Shown here one piece after another: positions 19,488 to 28,948 of a stretch of DNA of 53,428 nt. The DNA lies in assembly GCA_023487765.1 (NCBI GenBank), contig JAMDBW010000052.1, positions 1-53,428 on the forward strand, in the 5' to 3' direction. Each line of letters starts with the position of its first letter. Position 1 is the first letter of the stretch. The position numbers and the translations under genes are program-made. The DNA comes from Thermoplasmatota archaeon. GTDB taxonomy: Archaea > Thermoplasmatota > Thermoplasmata > Thermoplasmatales > Thermoplasmataceae. The notes beneath the pieces were generated by a model that saw only the letters and a list, made by a program, of their open reading frames with translations, made no database searches and was not told the origin of the DNA.

Positions 19488-20147
19488 TTGGAAACTGGCT
19501 TGACAAAAAAATCACAGATATTGTGGAATGCCTCCGATCCGGTGTTCCGGTCGATACTGGCTCATCCTTTCATAGAAGGCCTGAAGAATGAGTCACTGGC
19601 GGAAAATGCCTTCAAATTTTATATTCTGCAGGATTCCATATATCTCAGATATTTCGGGAAGATATTGCAAAAAATCTCGCTGGATTCCAGTGATCCAGTC
19701 ACATCAGCGGTCTTCAGGAAACATTATGAGGCCTCACTGCTCGTGGAGAAAGGCCTGCATGAGAGTTACCTGAAATCGTGGAACCTTTCCAGGGACTTCG
19801 TGAAGCAGTCCCAGGACAATCTCTCCTACATATCATTTCTGGAATATACATCAAAATACGGTACCATGGCGCAAAGGATATCATCCGTGCTCCCCTGTTA
19901 CTGGATATATCTTGAGGTCGGAAAGCATCTGGCTTCAACAGTGAAACCGGAAAACAGGTTCTACTCCTGGATAAAGACATACGGATCCAATGAGAACTAC
20001 GAGAACTCCGTTCGGGAAGTCATCAGCATATTTGACGCAATGAACATAGAAAGCGGGGAGATGACGGAATGCATAAGCACCTTCAGGACAGCCTCTGTCT
20101 ATGAATACCTGTTCTGGGACAGTGCCTGCAGGAATCCCATGCCGTGA
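19488..20147 (+). CDS. tenA: Thiaminase II / aminopyrimidine aminohydrolase
   Basis: 219-aa ORF. 'HPFIEGLKNESL..AFKFYILQDSIYLRYF' is the characteristic TenA N-terminal pattern. No in-frame ATG exists near the 5' end, so a TTG start (19488 or 19500) is implied. Confidence 0.8.
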   Translation: METGLTKKSQILWNASDPVFRSILAHPFIEGLKNESLAENAFKFYILQDSIYLRYFGKILQKISLDSSDPVTSAVFRKHYEASLLVEKGLHESYLKSWNLSRDFVKQSQDNLSYISFLEYTSKYGTMAQRISSVLPCYWIYLEVGKHLASTVKPENRFYSWIKTYGSNENYENSVREVISIFDAMNIESGEMTECISTFRTASVYEYLFWDSACRNPMP

Positions 20148-20237
20148 GACGCTGCTGTAACAGGATTGCAATTTTTTGAAAATAGTGTTACATCACTTAT
20201 TTATAGCAAATTTGAATGATTGCGAAGGTCATATTTC

Positions 20238-20840
20238 ATGATAAGGTTCGATTTCTACGATGATGGCAATTTGAGCGGGATGCCATTCAAAAGCAAAATC
20301 CCCGGAGATCACCAGAGTGCGGGAAAACCCGCAGGCATTGCCGGAAACTTGCAGGACCCACCATTTTACGGTTCGCTGGACAGGAAGATGGATTTTGACG
20401 CAATATTTTCTGTCGTCAAGACATCGGTGAAAGCTGCCACGGGCAGGGAAAGATCCGGAATCGGACTGGCCATGTCGGATTTGCCTGCCACTCTCGGGGC
20501 TTTCTGGCAGATAGGAGGCAATTACATAGTTATGAACGAAGTCCTGGTCCATGCAATGTCAGAAATGGCATCAGGCACGACAGAGTTCAATTCATACGTT
20601 TACATGATACTGACCCACGAATATCTGCATTCTCTTGGTTTTACTGACGAAATGGAGGCGAGGAGGATGACCGCAATGGTCGCCGCAAAGTCGTTCGGGG
20701 AGAACCATCCTGCTTTTACCATGAGCAATGGTGATCTGTGGACCCTTTACCCGGGCCTGAGGAATCTCATCGGCGGGCGGGGGGAAAATATAAGGATCAT
20801 AAACAACTTCGACAGTTCAGCTACCTCGTACATAGCCTGA
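20238..20840 (+). CDS. Hypothetical protein with HExxH zinc-metallopeptidase-like motif
   Basis: The ORF contains 'MILTHEYLHSLGF' (HExxH). The ATG at 20238 is preferred over the TTG at 20220. Confidence 0.5.
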   Translation: MIRFDFYDDGNLSGMPFKSKIPGDHQSAGKPAGIAGNLQDPPFYGSLDRKMDFDAIFSVVKTSVKAATGRERSGIGLAMSDLPATLGAFWQIGGNYIVMNEVLVHAMSEMASGTTEFNSYVYMILTHEYLHSLGFTDEMEARRMTAMVAAKSFGENHPAFTMSNGDLWTLYPGLRNLIGGRGENIRIINNFDSSATSYIA

Positions 20841-20870
20841 ATCAATTGATTTTCTATGCGGGTTCAGGAA

Positions 20871-21722
20871 TCAGGACCTTTTTCCACCCGTGATCTTCCG
20901 GAGATCATTCCACTGTTCATCTGTCACGCCTGAGAGAAAGTTGAACTGCCCGGAAGACGCGACAAATTCCCCGCCGTCAATTATTACGGCCTCTCCGTTT
21001 ATGAATGAGGCCTGGTCAGATATAAGGAATGACGCAAGGTTTGCCAGTTCTTCCGGAGTTCCGAATCTGCCTGCCGGAATCTTCTCCCTCATTTTGCCGG
21101 AAAGGTCAGGCGTTGGAGCCAGTCTGCTCCAGGCACCTTCCGTAGGAAATGCTCCGGGAGCAATTGCCACGTGTCGAATTCCATGCTTCCCCCACTCTGC
21201 AGCCAGGGATCTTGTCACCGCCAGAACACCTGCTTTAGCGGCAGCTGAAGGAACCACATATCCGGAACCTGAAAATGCATACGTCGTTACGATGTTGAGA
21301 ACCGTGCCCTTGATCTTTCCCTCAATCCATCTCTTTCCCATTTCTATGGTGCAGTACATCGTTCCGTGCAAAACAATGTCGAGAATACTGTCAACTGCAT
21401 TTGGCGAAAGTTTTTCGGTCGGGCTTATAAAATTCCCGGCAGCATTGTTGATAAGCACGTTTATTCCGCCGAGTTCTCTTTCAATTTTGTTCACGGCCGC
21501 TTTAATTTCATCAGGTTTTCTGACGTCTCCCACGGCATAGCCTGATTTTATCCCCCTGGACTCGAATTCTTCATGTGCCAGTTTCAGGTTCTCTTCCTTT
21601 CTGCTCATGATACCGACGCCGGCACCCAGTTCTCCGAATCGGAGAGCCATCGCTCTGCCAAGCCCGGTAGCTCCTCCTGTTATGAGTATGACCTTGTTTT
21701 CAAGAAGGCGATCCTTGAACAT
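20871..21722 (-). CDS. Short-chain dehydrogenase/reductase (2,4-dienoyl-CoA-reductase-like)
   Basis: 283-aa ORF with the NAD(P)-binding motif 'ITGGATGLGRAMA', 'NNAAGNF' and an active-site region 'PSAAAKAGV'. Confidence 0.85.
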   Translation of the reverse strand: MFKDRLLENKVILITGGATGLGRAMALRFGELGAGVGIMSRKEENLKLAHEEFESRGIKSGYAVGDVRKPDEIKAAVNKIERELGGINVLINNAAGNFISPTEKLSPNAVDSILDIVLHGTMYCTIEMGKRWIEGKIKGTVLNIVTTYAFSGSGYVVPSAAAKAGVLAVTRSLAAEWGKHGIRHVAIAPGAFPTEGAWSRLAPTPDLSGKMREKIPAGRFGTPEELANLASFLISDQASFINGEAVIIDGGEFVASSGQFNFLSGVTDEQWNDLRKITGGKRS

Positions 21723-21801
21723 AGGTGGATGAGGTGGCAGAAGCTTAAGGAATTTGTTAAGCGATTAAAATTTCAAGTTTTGAATTACGAGGAAAAATGA
21801 A

Positions 21802-22389
21802 TTACGGGATCACTGAAATTTTGCCGTACATCCCGTTCTGCGCGTGCCCAGGATATGTGCACAGATACCACAGAGTCCCGGTGCTGCTGAAAGTGGAAGT
21901 CATATTGTAGTAGTTGAGGTTTCCGCCGGAACCCGGTGAAAGCATCATGGACGATCCATACATCCCGGTATTTCCCCCGCCCATCATTCCCGAACCGGAC
22001 ATGTAAGTGTAGGGCGGAGACGCTGAAGTTATGACAAAGTTGTGACTGGCATCGCTGTCAACGTTGACTACTACGAACTTTAACTCGACTCCCTGCTTCA
22101 CGACGATTTCAGGATTAATCATGCCGGAGATTTCGAAGGAGTACATCGAGACGTTTGCTTTCATGGGGCCTGTTTCAACCAGTATTGTTGCCGGGCCGGA
22201 TACGTATATACTATTGGCAGTTCCGTTCACGGATATATTGGCTTCAGGGACAGCGAGTGCGGACAACTGACCCTGACTCATGTATCCGTACTGTTCCGGG
22301 GCGCTCGTCGGATATACAAAGAATGAAGCGGCAGCTACGATGATGAGCAGAGCCACTGAGGCCAGAGCAAATGCCTTGTATGTGTTCAT
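21802..22389 (-). CDS. Type-1 blue copper protein, sulfocyanin-like
   Basis: 195-aa ORF with an N-terminal TM/signal segment. The C-terminal copper-ligand motif is 'CTYPGHAQNGMYG' (C-x2-P-G-H-x4-M), with an upstream His in 'DASHNF'. Confidence 0.7.
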   Translation of the reverse strand: MNTYKAFALASVALLIIVAAASFFVYPTSAPEQYGYMSQGQLSALAVPEANISVNGTANSIYVSGPATILVETGPMKANVSMYSFEISGMINPEIVVKQGVELKFVVVNVDSDASHNFVITSASPPYTYMSGSGMMGGGNTGMYGSSMMLSPGSGGNLNYYNMTSTFSSTGTLWYLCTYPGHAQNGMYGKISVIP

Positions 22390-22390
22390 G

Positions 22391-22747
22391 TCAGTTCCCC
22401 CTCAGTTCCTTGAGCTTTTCGCGATACTCATTCTCGTTTATTTCTCCCCTGGCATACCTTCTCCTGAGTATTTCCATGGCATCAGGCTCTCCATGATCTC
22501 GTGCAAATCCAGTTTCGTGTACGCTTTCAGTCAGGAAATATATGAAGAGGAATATGACCAGTACCGAAACGACTGCCATTACCGGCATGAAAATATACAT
22601 TCCATAGTACGGGTATCCTCCCATCATTCCGTAGCCTGCCGGAGTGGTACTTCCCCTGTACAGCAACTGGGGAATCAGGCTAAGCACCGCGATTATGGCG
22701 ATGATTCCAATTATGACCCAGATCAATTTCTCTGTCTGATTTCTCAT
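22391..22747 (-). CDS. Small membrane protein with C-terminal SHOCT domain
   Basis: 118-aa ORF with two TM helices followed by 'AMEILRRRYARGEINENEYREKLKEL' (SHOCT-type motif). Its stop lies directly upstream of the copper-protein start. Confidence 0.7.
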   Translation of the reverse strand: MRNQTEKLIWVIIGIIAIIAVLSLIPQLLYRGSTTPAGYGMMGGYPYYGMYIFMPVMAVVSVLVIFLFIYFLTESVHETGFARDHGEPDAMEILRRRYARGEINENEYREKLKELRGN

Positions 22748-22809
22748 AAAGTTAAGTATGCTGAAAAAGCTGATAACCGTTATCTGAAATGCATTTCATG
22801 AAATTGTTT

Positions 22810-23364
22810 TCATCGCATTTCAAGCAGGATTTCATTGGTCATGCCGTGTCTTTTTCTCTCCACCAGCCCCTTGTTTTCCAGTGAAATAAGTATTCGTGTC
22901 ACAGTGGGACCGGACATGTTAACCTCCCTGACAATGGAGTTCTGCAGCATCCGTCCGCCATTCTTCCTGAGAATTTCCAGTATGAGTTCTTCGTTCTGGT
23001 TCAGGCCGGGCACCGTTACCTGTCCGCCATTCTTCACTTCACGGCTTGCGGTGCCGGCGCGGGCCGGCTGTTCAGTCCTGGAAGAAATGAATTTTCTGTA
23101 ACCCCGGAGGGTCCCCATAGCCGAGAAGTAAAGCGTGACCAGGTTTGTTATAACAATAACCGAGTACAACAGTTCTTCCAGAGGCTGGAAGCCGTTCATC
23201 AGGAAACCGACCACCAGGAAAACGGAAGTTGAAACTGCCAGGGATAGAAGTGCAAAAACCGTAATTATGGCGAACAGTACAAGTGTCAACTGGTCACTGT
23301 CTTTACCGATCCGCATTCTGGTGTTGCTATCCGTTTCAGGCATATTTACCATGCGCACTGGCAT
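22810..23364 (-). CDS. Membrane-associated winged-helix transcription regulator (COG2512-like)
   Basis: TM helices are followed by 'ELILEILRKNGGRMLQNSIVREVNMSGPTVTRILISLENKGLVERKRHG' (wHTH). The track ORF begins at 23472 inside the upstream GT gene. The ATG at 23364 lies just downstream of the GT stop, so I prefer it. Confidence 0.65.
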   Translation of the reverse strand: MPVRMVNMPETDSNTRMRIGKDSDQLTLVLFAIITVFALLSLAVSTSVFLVVGFLMNGFQPLEELLYSVIVITNLVTLYFSAMGTLRGYRKFISSRTEQPARAGTASREVKNGGQVTVPGLNQNEELILEILRKNGGRMLQNSIVREVNMSGPTVTRILISLENKGLVERKRHGMTNEILLEMR

Positions 23365-23371
23365 GCATGAA

Positions 23372-24487
23372 CTATTTTCTGTCGCGGATAAGGTGTTCGT
23401 ATATGCCGAAAAGACGGTCACAGTGTTTCTGTTTACTGAAATTGGCAGTGGCGAAATTCCTGGCACCGTCATTCAGTTCCAGAAGGTCATTCCTTCTGTT
23501 CTTCAGCCCGGATATCTTCTCGGCAATATTGCGTGGATCGGTGAAATCCATTCCAACTATGCCCGACGTACCTATGCCGTCGTACTGGATCAATGGAAAA
23601 TCCTGAGGGACAATTGCCGGAACTCCAGAGGCCAGGGCTTCCAGTACAGATATGCCGAAGGTGTCGGTGTTGGACGGATATATGAACAGCTTTGCAGAAG
23701 AGAGCAGATCTATCTTCATCGGTTCGTCTACATATCCTGTAAGGGAAACACTTTTTTCCAGGCCCCTGCTTATAATTTCCTTCCTGAGATTTATTTCTTC
23801 AGGCCCGGTTCCGGAAATTACAAACTTGATTCCGGAATCCTCTCTGAGATAATGTGCAACGTCCAGGACCCTGAAGACCCCCTTATCCCTGGTTATCCTT
23901 CCGAGAAACTGCACAGTGAAACCGTTCTGCAACTTATCAAGTGCATTGAACCGGTCTGTATCAACAAATAATGGGAGTTCTTCCGCATTTTCCACGCCAT
24001 TCGACCTGAGGTAATCTCTGGTTTTTATGCTGGGTGCGAGAACTGCGTCGCATCTCCTGTAAAGATAGAGGTTATATTTCCATGTAAGGTTGAACAGCGT
24101 GTTCCTGAATGGCATATTCACCGATTCCTTCATCTGGATGAAATCAGTGTGGAAAGTGGCAACGGCCGGGATGTCCAGGGCCTTGGAAAGACGGAAGCCG
24201 ATGGATCCCATGAACGGATCATGGATGTGTATTATGTCAAACCCTATCTTGCGGGCTAGCCTGTACATGGAAACAGGAAACGGATTGATCGGGAAACTGT
24301 ACTGCGTATACAGCGGAAAAGGCAGCGTCGGAGGTATGTGTACATTATTCTCTTTCCTGTCTCCGGTATAGGAAAAAACGTGAACTTCGTGCCCTCTTCT
24401 CTCCATCTCAAGCTTCACGTCTTTGAGATAATGTGAAACACCGTCCGGGGTAGGATAATACGTAGTTGTAAAGAGGCCTATTTTCAT
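23372..24487 (-). CDS. Glycosyltransferase, GT4 family
   Basis: 371-aa ORF. It has an N-terminal 'YYPTPDGVSHY' GT4 N-domain and a C-terminal 'TDTFGISVLEALASGVPAIV' (E-x7-E region). Confidence 0.85.
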   Translation of the reverse strand: MKIGLFTTTYYPTPDGVSHYLKDVKLEMERRGHEVHVFSYTGDRKENNVHIPPTLPFPLYTQYSFPINPFPVSMYRLARKIGFDIIHIHDPFMGSIGFRLSKALDIPAVATFHTDFIQMKESVNMPFRNTLFNLTWKYNLYLYRRCDAVLAPSIKTRDYLRSNGVENAEELPLFVDTDRFNALDKLQNGFTVQFLGRITRDKGVFRVLDVAHYLREDSGIKFVISGTGPEEINLRKEIISRGLEKSVSLTGYVDEPMKIDLLSSAKLFIYPSNTDTFGISVLEALASGVPAIVPQDFPLIQYDGIGTSGIVGMDFTDPRNIAEKISGLKNRRNDLLELNDGARNFATANFSKQKHCDRLFGIYEHLIRDRK

Positions 24488-24556
24488 GTTTCAGGACATC
24501 CGGTTAATTCGAGACGATACTTAAATTATGCATGAAATAACGAAATCACTTCGTCG

Positions 24557-24778
24557 TTATTTGAAAAGGTCATATTTTATCGAAACGTCCCTCCAGTTCT
24601 CTGGAGGTATCTGGAAATCTTTGCAGATTTGCGGGACTTCTACCCCTTTCCTCAGGAGTTTCCTGATAACTCTCGCTTCCTTTTTAGTCAGTTCTTTCAA
24701 AGCTTCACCCCGGATGTGCTCATATAATATACGCTGCAGTGATTTTAATCTTTCACCGGAAAGTCGGATGCAATTCAC
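24557..24778 (-). CDS. Small hypothetical protein, HTH-like (73 aa)
   Basis: The ORF has balanced composition. 'KEARVIRKLLRKGVEVPQICKDFQIP' resembles a helix-turn-helix. The opposite-strand ORF (24528-24791) looks low-complexity. Confidence 0.35.
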   Translation of the reverse strand: MNCIRLSGERLKSLQRILYEHIRGEALKELTKKEARVIRKLLRKGVEVPQICKDFQIPPENWRDVSIKYDLFK

Positions 24779-24885
24779 GACGGACGGGTAAAGTCCTTGT
24801 AAAATAAATTGTCACCGGACTTGCAAATGCAGGAATTCAGACCTCAATAAGATTTATTAGGCAACATCAGGTTATATAGTCCAGT

Positions 24886-27441
24886 ATGGGAAAACTTACG
24901 GGTCTAATTCTGGGAGTTAGTGCTGCACTCTTCATGGCATACTACGTACTGGCTTCGGCCTATGTGCAGTTAACAGACTGGTTAAGTCCCGTATTGGGCC
25001 CGTCGTTTTCCCTAATGCTGTCGCTTCTGTACCTGCTCCTGGGAAATCCCGTGAATCATCCGGTTCTCTTCGCTGTGTGGATCACCGTGGGTGCCGTCAC
25101 AGGGATAGGGGCAAGGAGGGGCGGAAGAGCGGCAGGGGCTGCTTTCACCACTTATATGATTATCTGGTCATTCCTGTCACTGACAGTGATGTCCATGCTT
25201 CTCGGCGCCGGTCTTGGTTCTCCTTCGGGAACGGGGTTCGCAGGAGGCATCGGAGGGTTTCCGCCGCTTCCGCCCGGAACCAGCATATCATCTATTCTGA
25301 CGGAACCTCTTATGCAAAGGCTGATCCAGTTGTTTGGCATGATTGGAAGCCTGTCCGGATTAACCGGACTCCCGCTGACCAGCTATGGTTCCCCGGCTCT
25401 CACCGGTAGCGTCCTGACACCTGTTGCGGGCCTTATTCCGGGCATAATATCACTTTTTCTCCCTTACCTCATCTTAAACTTCGTGATACTGGTACTGACT
25501 GCATACTTCACGGGAAGGGTACTGCACCTCATCATTGAACCGCGGGGACAGAACGGAAACGGCGGGAATCACAATGGAAGGGAAAAGAAAAAATCGCAGA
25601 AAGTCAGGAAAGTCAGGGTGAAAAGAGTCAGGCAGGCACGCTATGCTATGTTCGTAGCATCCCTGTTCGTTTTCTCAGCCATTGCGCTTCAGCTGGGAAA
25701 TGCCGGATATGCCCAGATCGACTCTTCGGGACTGGCACACGCAGTACATTACAACTCGGATTCCGTAGCAGCAGGCTCGCCGGGAAACACTTCGGCAGAC
25801 ACTTACCTTAACCTGTTCAAGACCCTAAGCACCGTAGGCCCGAACACTGTCAATACAACGCGGATCGGAAACCAGACCCAGCTGTATTACTCTTCAGGCA
25901 TTGTGGGAACCTACGGGAACGTTTACAACACGTACGGATTCCTCGGTGAGTTAAACTCGACAACCGGGTGGGAAGCTTCACAGCAGGCTAAATCTTCCCT
26001 GTTCACAATAGTCGCGGTATCTGACAACTTAAGCTCCCTGATCAGCGGCATCTCGCAAAACGGACTGTCAGCCGGATCATCATCTACTGCAGGCAATTTC
26101 CTTGGAGCCATACCACGGCTGGTGATCATAAGTGCATATTCCGGAAATCAGGCGCAGACAGAGCCATCCGCCAACAGCGTGGCGGTACAGATCGTAAACG
26201 CAACTGGAGGACACAGCCTCATCAAGCTGTTATCGTTTACAGGCGGAAACGGGCTATTCGGTGCATCCGGCGGCAATGTATCCATATACATATATTCAGC
26301 TGATGCCAGTCTGTATCCCGCAGAAAACGGTCTAGCCGGGCAAATGAGCACCAGTTTCAACGGCAGTGGAATACTGGACCTTTTCAGGAACGGAATGTCT
26401 TCCGGATATCTCGTGCCGGGTTACACGCCAGCCAGCGTTGACGCGTCATTCTTCATTTCCGGAGTGATCAACGTCCGGAATCTCAGCCTTCCGATCCCCT
26501 CATTCTCCGGCGTCCAGCTTAACAGCAGCGTGGTAAAATACACCAATGTTGCATTCATGGGTGGATTTTTCAACAAAAACTATGTTTTACACTCATCTTC
26601 ATCCCGGCACAATATCAGCGCGGCCGCTATTTTCGATTACAAAGGAAATATTACTTTTGCAAATCCGTCCGTGGTATATGCACTGAGCCTGGCGTATCCG
26701 AACGAAACCTCCAGCGGCTCGGGATCGCTTTCAGGCATATACCGGATATTTACATTCACCACAATACCGGGAAACAACAACACGACCAGCGTGACTGGAA
26801 ATAACACAGTTATAGTGAAACCATACGGTTCAGCGATAAACCTGTCAAACCTGACCATTGAAACCAACGCGACGTTCCCTGCAAATATGCCGATCACGAT
26901 ATCGGTAAATATGACCAATAAAACCGCAGCCAGGATCATTACAACTGTCACGGTGAATGACAGCGACACTGTGACAAACTTGAGTATAAACCAAAGCAGT
27001 ATACTGTCTTCCTACAGTTCCTCTGTCATGTTGACATCCGGCAAAATTTCGTCGGGAAATATATCTTCACTTGGCCCGAATCAAAGTGTGCAGCTCAAAT
27101 TCGAGCTTTATTTTAAGAATCCGGGATCTTACGTTATCCTGAGCCCCATGGTCACATATACCATGAACAACAGAACTTTCACGGTTACCGGGAGTCCGCA
27201 GGTTGTTGCTATAGCCAACCCTCCCCTGATCACGAGCATAAACAATATGGAGAAAAACTCGGCAGCGGTAATATCAACGGTGATACATAACCGCATTCTG
27301 ACTGAACAGATATTCCCCGGCTTCTACGTGTTCGACCTGATACCTCTGCTGATAGTCCTGGTGGATATCCGCATAGAATACAAGTCATTCAGGAAATGGC
27401 TTATGCTGAGAAAAGGGCAGACGGGACAGCTACCACCGTGA
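24886..27441 (+). CDS. Large polytopic/surface protein: N-terminal multi-TM Gly-rich domain plus sequon-rich ectodomain plus C-terminal TM
   Basis: 851-aa ORF with about 5 N-terminal TM helices. A Lys/Arg-rich stretch is followed by a signal-like segment (..RYAMFVASLFVFSAIALQLGNAGYAQ). A long Ser/Asn/Thr-rich region has many NxS/T sequons. The C-terminal TM helix is FYVFDLIPLLIVLV. Confidence 0.6.
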   Translation: MGKLTGLILGVSAALFMAYYVLASAYVQLTDWLSPVLGPSFSLMLSLLYLLLGNPVNHPVLFAVWITVGAVTGIGARRGGRAAGAAFTTYMIIWSFLSLTVMSMLLGAGLGSPSGTGFAGGIGGFPPLPPGTSISSILTEPLMQRLIQLFGMIGSLSGLTGLPLTSYGSPALTGSVLTPVAGLIPGIISLFLPYLILNFVILVLTAYFTGRVLHLIIEPRGQNGNGGNHNGREKKKSQKVRKVRVKRVRQARYAMFVASLFVFSAIALQLGNAGYAQIDSSGLAHAVHYNSDSVAAGSPGNTSADTYLNLFKTLSTVGPNTVNTTRIGNQTQLYYSSGIVGTYGNVYNTYGFLGELNSTTGWEASQQAKSSLFTIVAVSDNLSSLISGISQNGLSAGSSSTAGNFLGAIPRLVIISAYSGNQAQTEPSANSVAVQIVNATGGHSLIKLLSFTGGNGLFGASGGNVSIYIYSADASLYPAENGLAGQMSTSFNGSGILDLFRNGMSSGYLVPGYTPASVDASFFISGVINVRNLSLPIPSFSGVQLNSSVVKYTNVAFMGGFFNKNYVLHSSSSRHNISAAAIFDYKGNITFANPSVVYALSLAYPNETSSGSGSLSGIYRIFTFTTIPGNNNTTSVTGNNTVIVKPYGSAINLSNLTIETNATFPANMPITISVNMTNKTAARIITTVTVNDSDTVTNLSINQSSILSSYSSSVMLTSGKISSGNISSLGPNQSVQLKFELYFKNPGSYVILSPMVTYTMNNRTFTVTGSPQVVAIANPPLITSINNMEKNSAAVISTVIHNRILTEQIFPGFYVFDLIPLLIVLVDIRIEYKSFRKWLMLRKGQTGQLPP

Positions 27442-27719
27442 CATGACGAGGTACGGTTGCGGACAGCACACAAAGGTCCAGTGACTGAACAGGCATCGCC
27501 GGGTCTATCCTGACGGCTAAAACTGAAATATAGGCCGCGGCCTCGTTTATCATTGTAGAGTGACTGATGTTTCCAGTATTATTCAAGGATACAGGTTGAA
27601 TCTCCTATAGAATTCAACGTCAGTATTTACCTTCCCCGGTTCAGCCTTTCTCCCGTATTTTTGTGACTCTCCAGGCTGGTAAACCAGACATGACTGCAAG
27701 CATCACATTTTGAAAACGT

Positions 27720-28205
27720 CTATTGCAGATATACTGCCGAGATCAAAAAAGCACCCTCAGGTTTTCCAAAGAAATTACCATCGGGGTAGACAGTTAGCTC
27801 ATACCTTTCGTTGCTGTACGTATGAAAACAAAAGCTCCATTCATCATTACCGAAATATCGAAGCCGGCACAGATGAACGGGAGTATTTCTGAGGCGCTCA
27901 GCATACTCTTCCAGCGTTTCCGGCCAGTCTTTTGAAAGCGGCAGATCATATACTTCATGCTCCTGATATGCATCGATGTAGCAGAAACAACCTCTGAACC
28001 GGATGTCCAGGCGCGTATACTTTCCTTTGTAATTATCATTCGCGACTTTTTCAATGCGACTTATCACGTCCCTCTTTACAGTTTCCGGAATCGCTATTCC
28101 TCCGGCATTTGGATCAAAGTACCACATTCTGCCTGGCATGATCACCATCTCCGCAAGTCTTGCATCTTCACCACAACAATATGAATCATCTTTCCCATCT
28201 CTCAA
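27720..28205 (-). CDS. DUF3024-like hypothetical protein
   Basis: 161-aa ORF. 'LDIRFRGCFCYIDAY...PVHLCRLRYFGNDEWSFCFHTYSNERYE' resembles the DUF3024 pattern as I recall it (..ARLRY....W.LYW.....H.Y). It overlaps the upstream gene by 20 nt, and the true start may be the internal 'MVIMPGRMWYF'. Confidence 0.5.
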   Translation of the reverse strand: MRDGKDDSYCCGEDARLAEMVIMPGRMWYFDPNAGGIAIPETVKRDVISRIEKVANDNYKGKYTRLDIRFRGCFCYIDAYQEHEVYDLPLSKDWPETLEEYAERLRNTPVHLCRLRYFGNDEWSFCFHTYSNERYELTVYPDGNFFGKPEGAFLISAVYLQ

Positions 28206-28758
28206 AATTACTCTTTACAAACATGTCCATCTCGTCAGGAAGCGAGGGATCCCTGTTTATTTTCCGCCATTCCTCAAGAACCTGCTCGAAGTTATTCTTT
28301 GGAACATCAGTGACCCAGTCCTGAAACTCCGAGGTGGCTTCTACTTCAAATCTGTAAATTCCTTCCAGTATTCCCATACAATGCAATTTGGCTTCCCTGT
28401 AAAGGGAGAGCTTGTGGCATTTTCTCATTTCCTCAAGATAAGGTTCTAATGCTTCCTCAAACATGTCTGATGCCAGCTCGTAAGGATCAATGTACCCATA
28501 TCTCGTCCTTCCTGAGTTTTGCCAGACATCTTCAACCTCAATGCCATTCAGGCTCAAAAAAACTTCATCGGCAATTACATCTGGTTCGATTTCCGAAAGA
28601 TATTCACGTGCAAGTACATTTGCCCGTTTCGAAATATTTGCATCTTCATTTGCAAGCCTTTTCAGAATTTCAAGTCCCTGGCTTGGGCTCAGTTCTTCAA
28701 GAACGCTGCTTTTCCCGGCAGCGGGCGGAGAAGGAAATTTGCCTGTTTTTCCTGTCAT
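28186..28758 (-). CDS. Hypothetical acidic alpha-helical protein (190 aa)
   Basis: The ORF has coding-like composition and I recognise no motif in it. It sits upstream of, and overlaps, the DUF3024-like gene. It is transcribed divergently from the PLD/ATPase gene. Confidence 0.5.
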   Translation of the reverse strand: MTGKTGKFPSPPAAGKSSVLEELSPSQGLEILKRLANEDANISKRANVLAREYLSEIEPDVIADEVFLSLNGIEVEDVWQNSGRTRYGYIDPYELASDMFEEALEPYLEEMRKCHKLSLYREAKLHCMGILEGIYRFEVEATSEFQDWVTDVPKNNFEQVLEEWRKINRDPSLPDEMDMFVKSNFERWER

Positions 28759-28948
28759 ATTTACTTTTTCATGCTCTCAGAGGATTAAATATTTCTCATG
28801 GCATCGAAAACCCGCCTTTTTCAATTTTTGGCAAGGAATGGTATTTTTTCTTCCCGTCGTTATTTTCCGGTCCTCGAAATAGTGGATGTGCTGAGACCAT
28901 AACTTAAGGGGTGTACTGCTTCTATCTATTTTTAAGTATATCAATGGC

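Noticed and set aside
23135-23971. A 278-aa plus-strand ORF spanning the boundary of the wHTH and GT4 genes. Other long antisense ORFs occur at 16504-17235, 20890-21540, 13671-14279, 10944-11576, 7527-8099 and 636-1112.
   Set aside because: All of them lie antisense to genes with clear family motifs. Their translations are low-complexity and rich in Ser, Pro, Arg and Cys. They look like shadow ORFs of well-supported genes.
27532-27543. A perfect 12-nt GC palindrome (AGGCCGCGGCCT) followed by a T-rich tract downstream of the 851-aa gene.
   Set aside because: It is most simply a terminator-like hairpin or a chance palindrome. It is a single copy and is not part of a repeat array.
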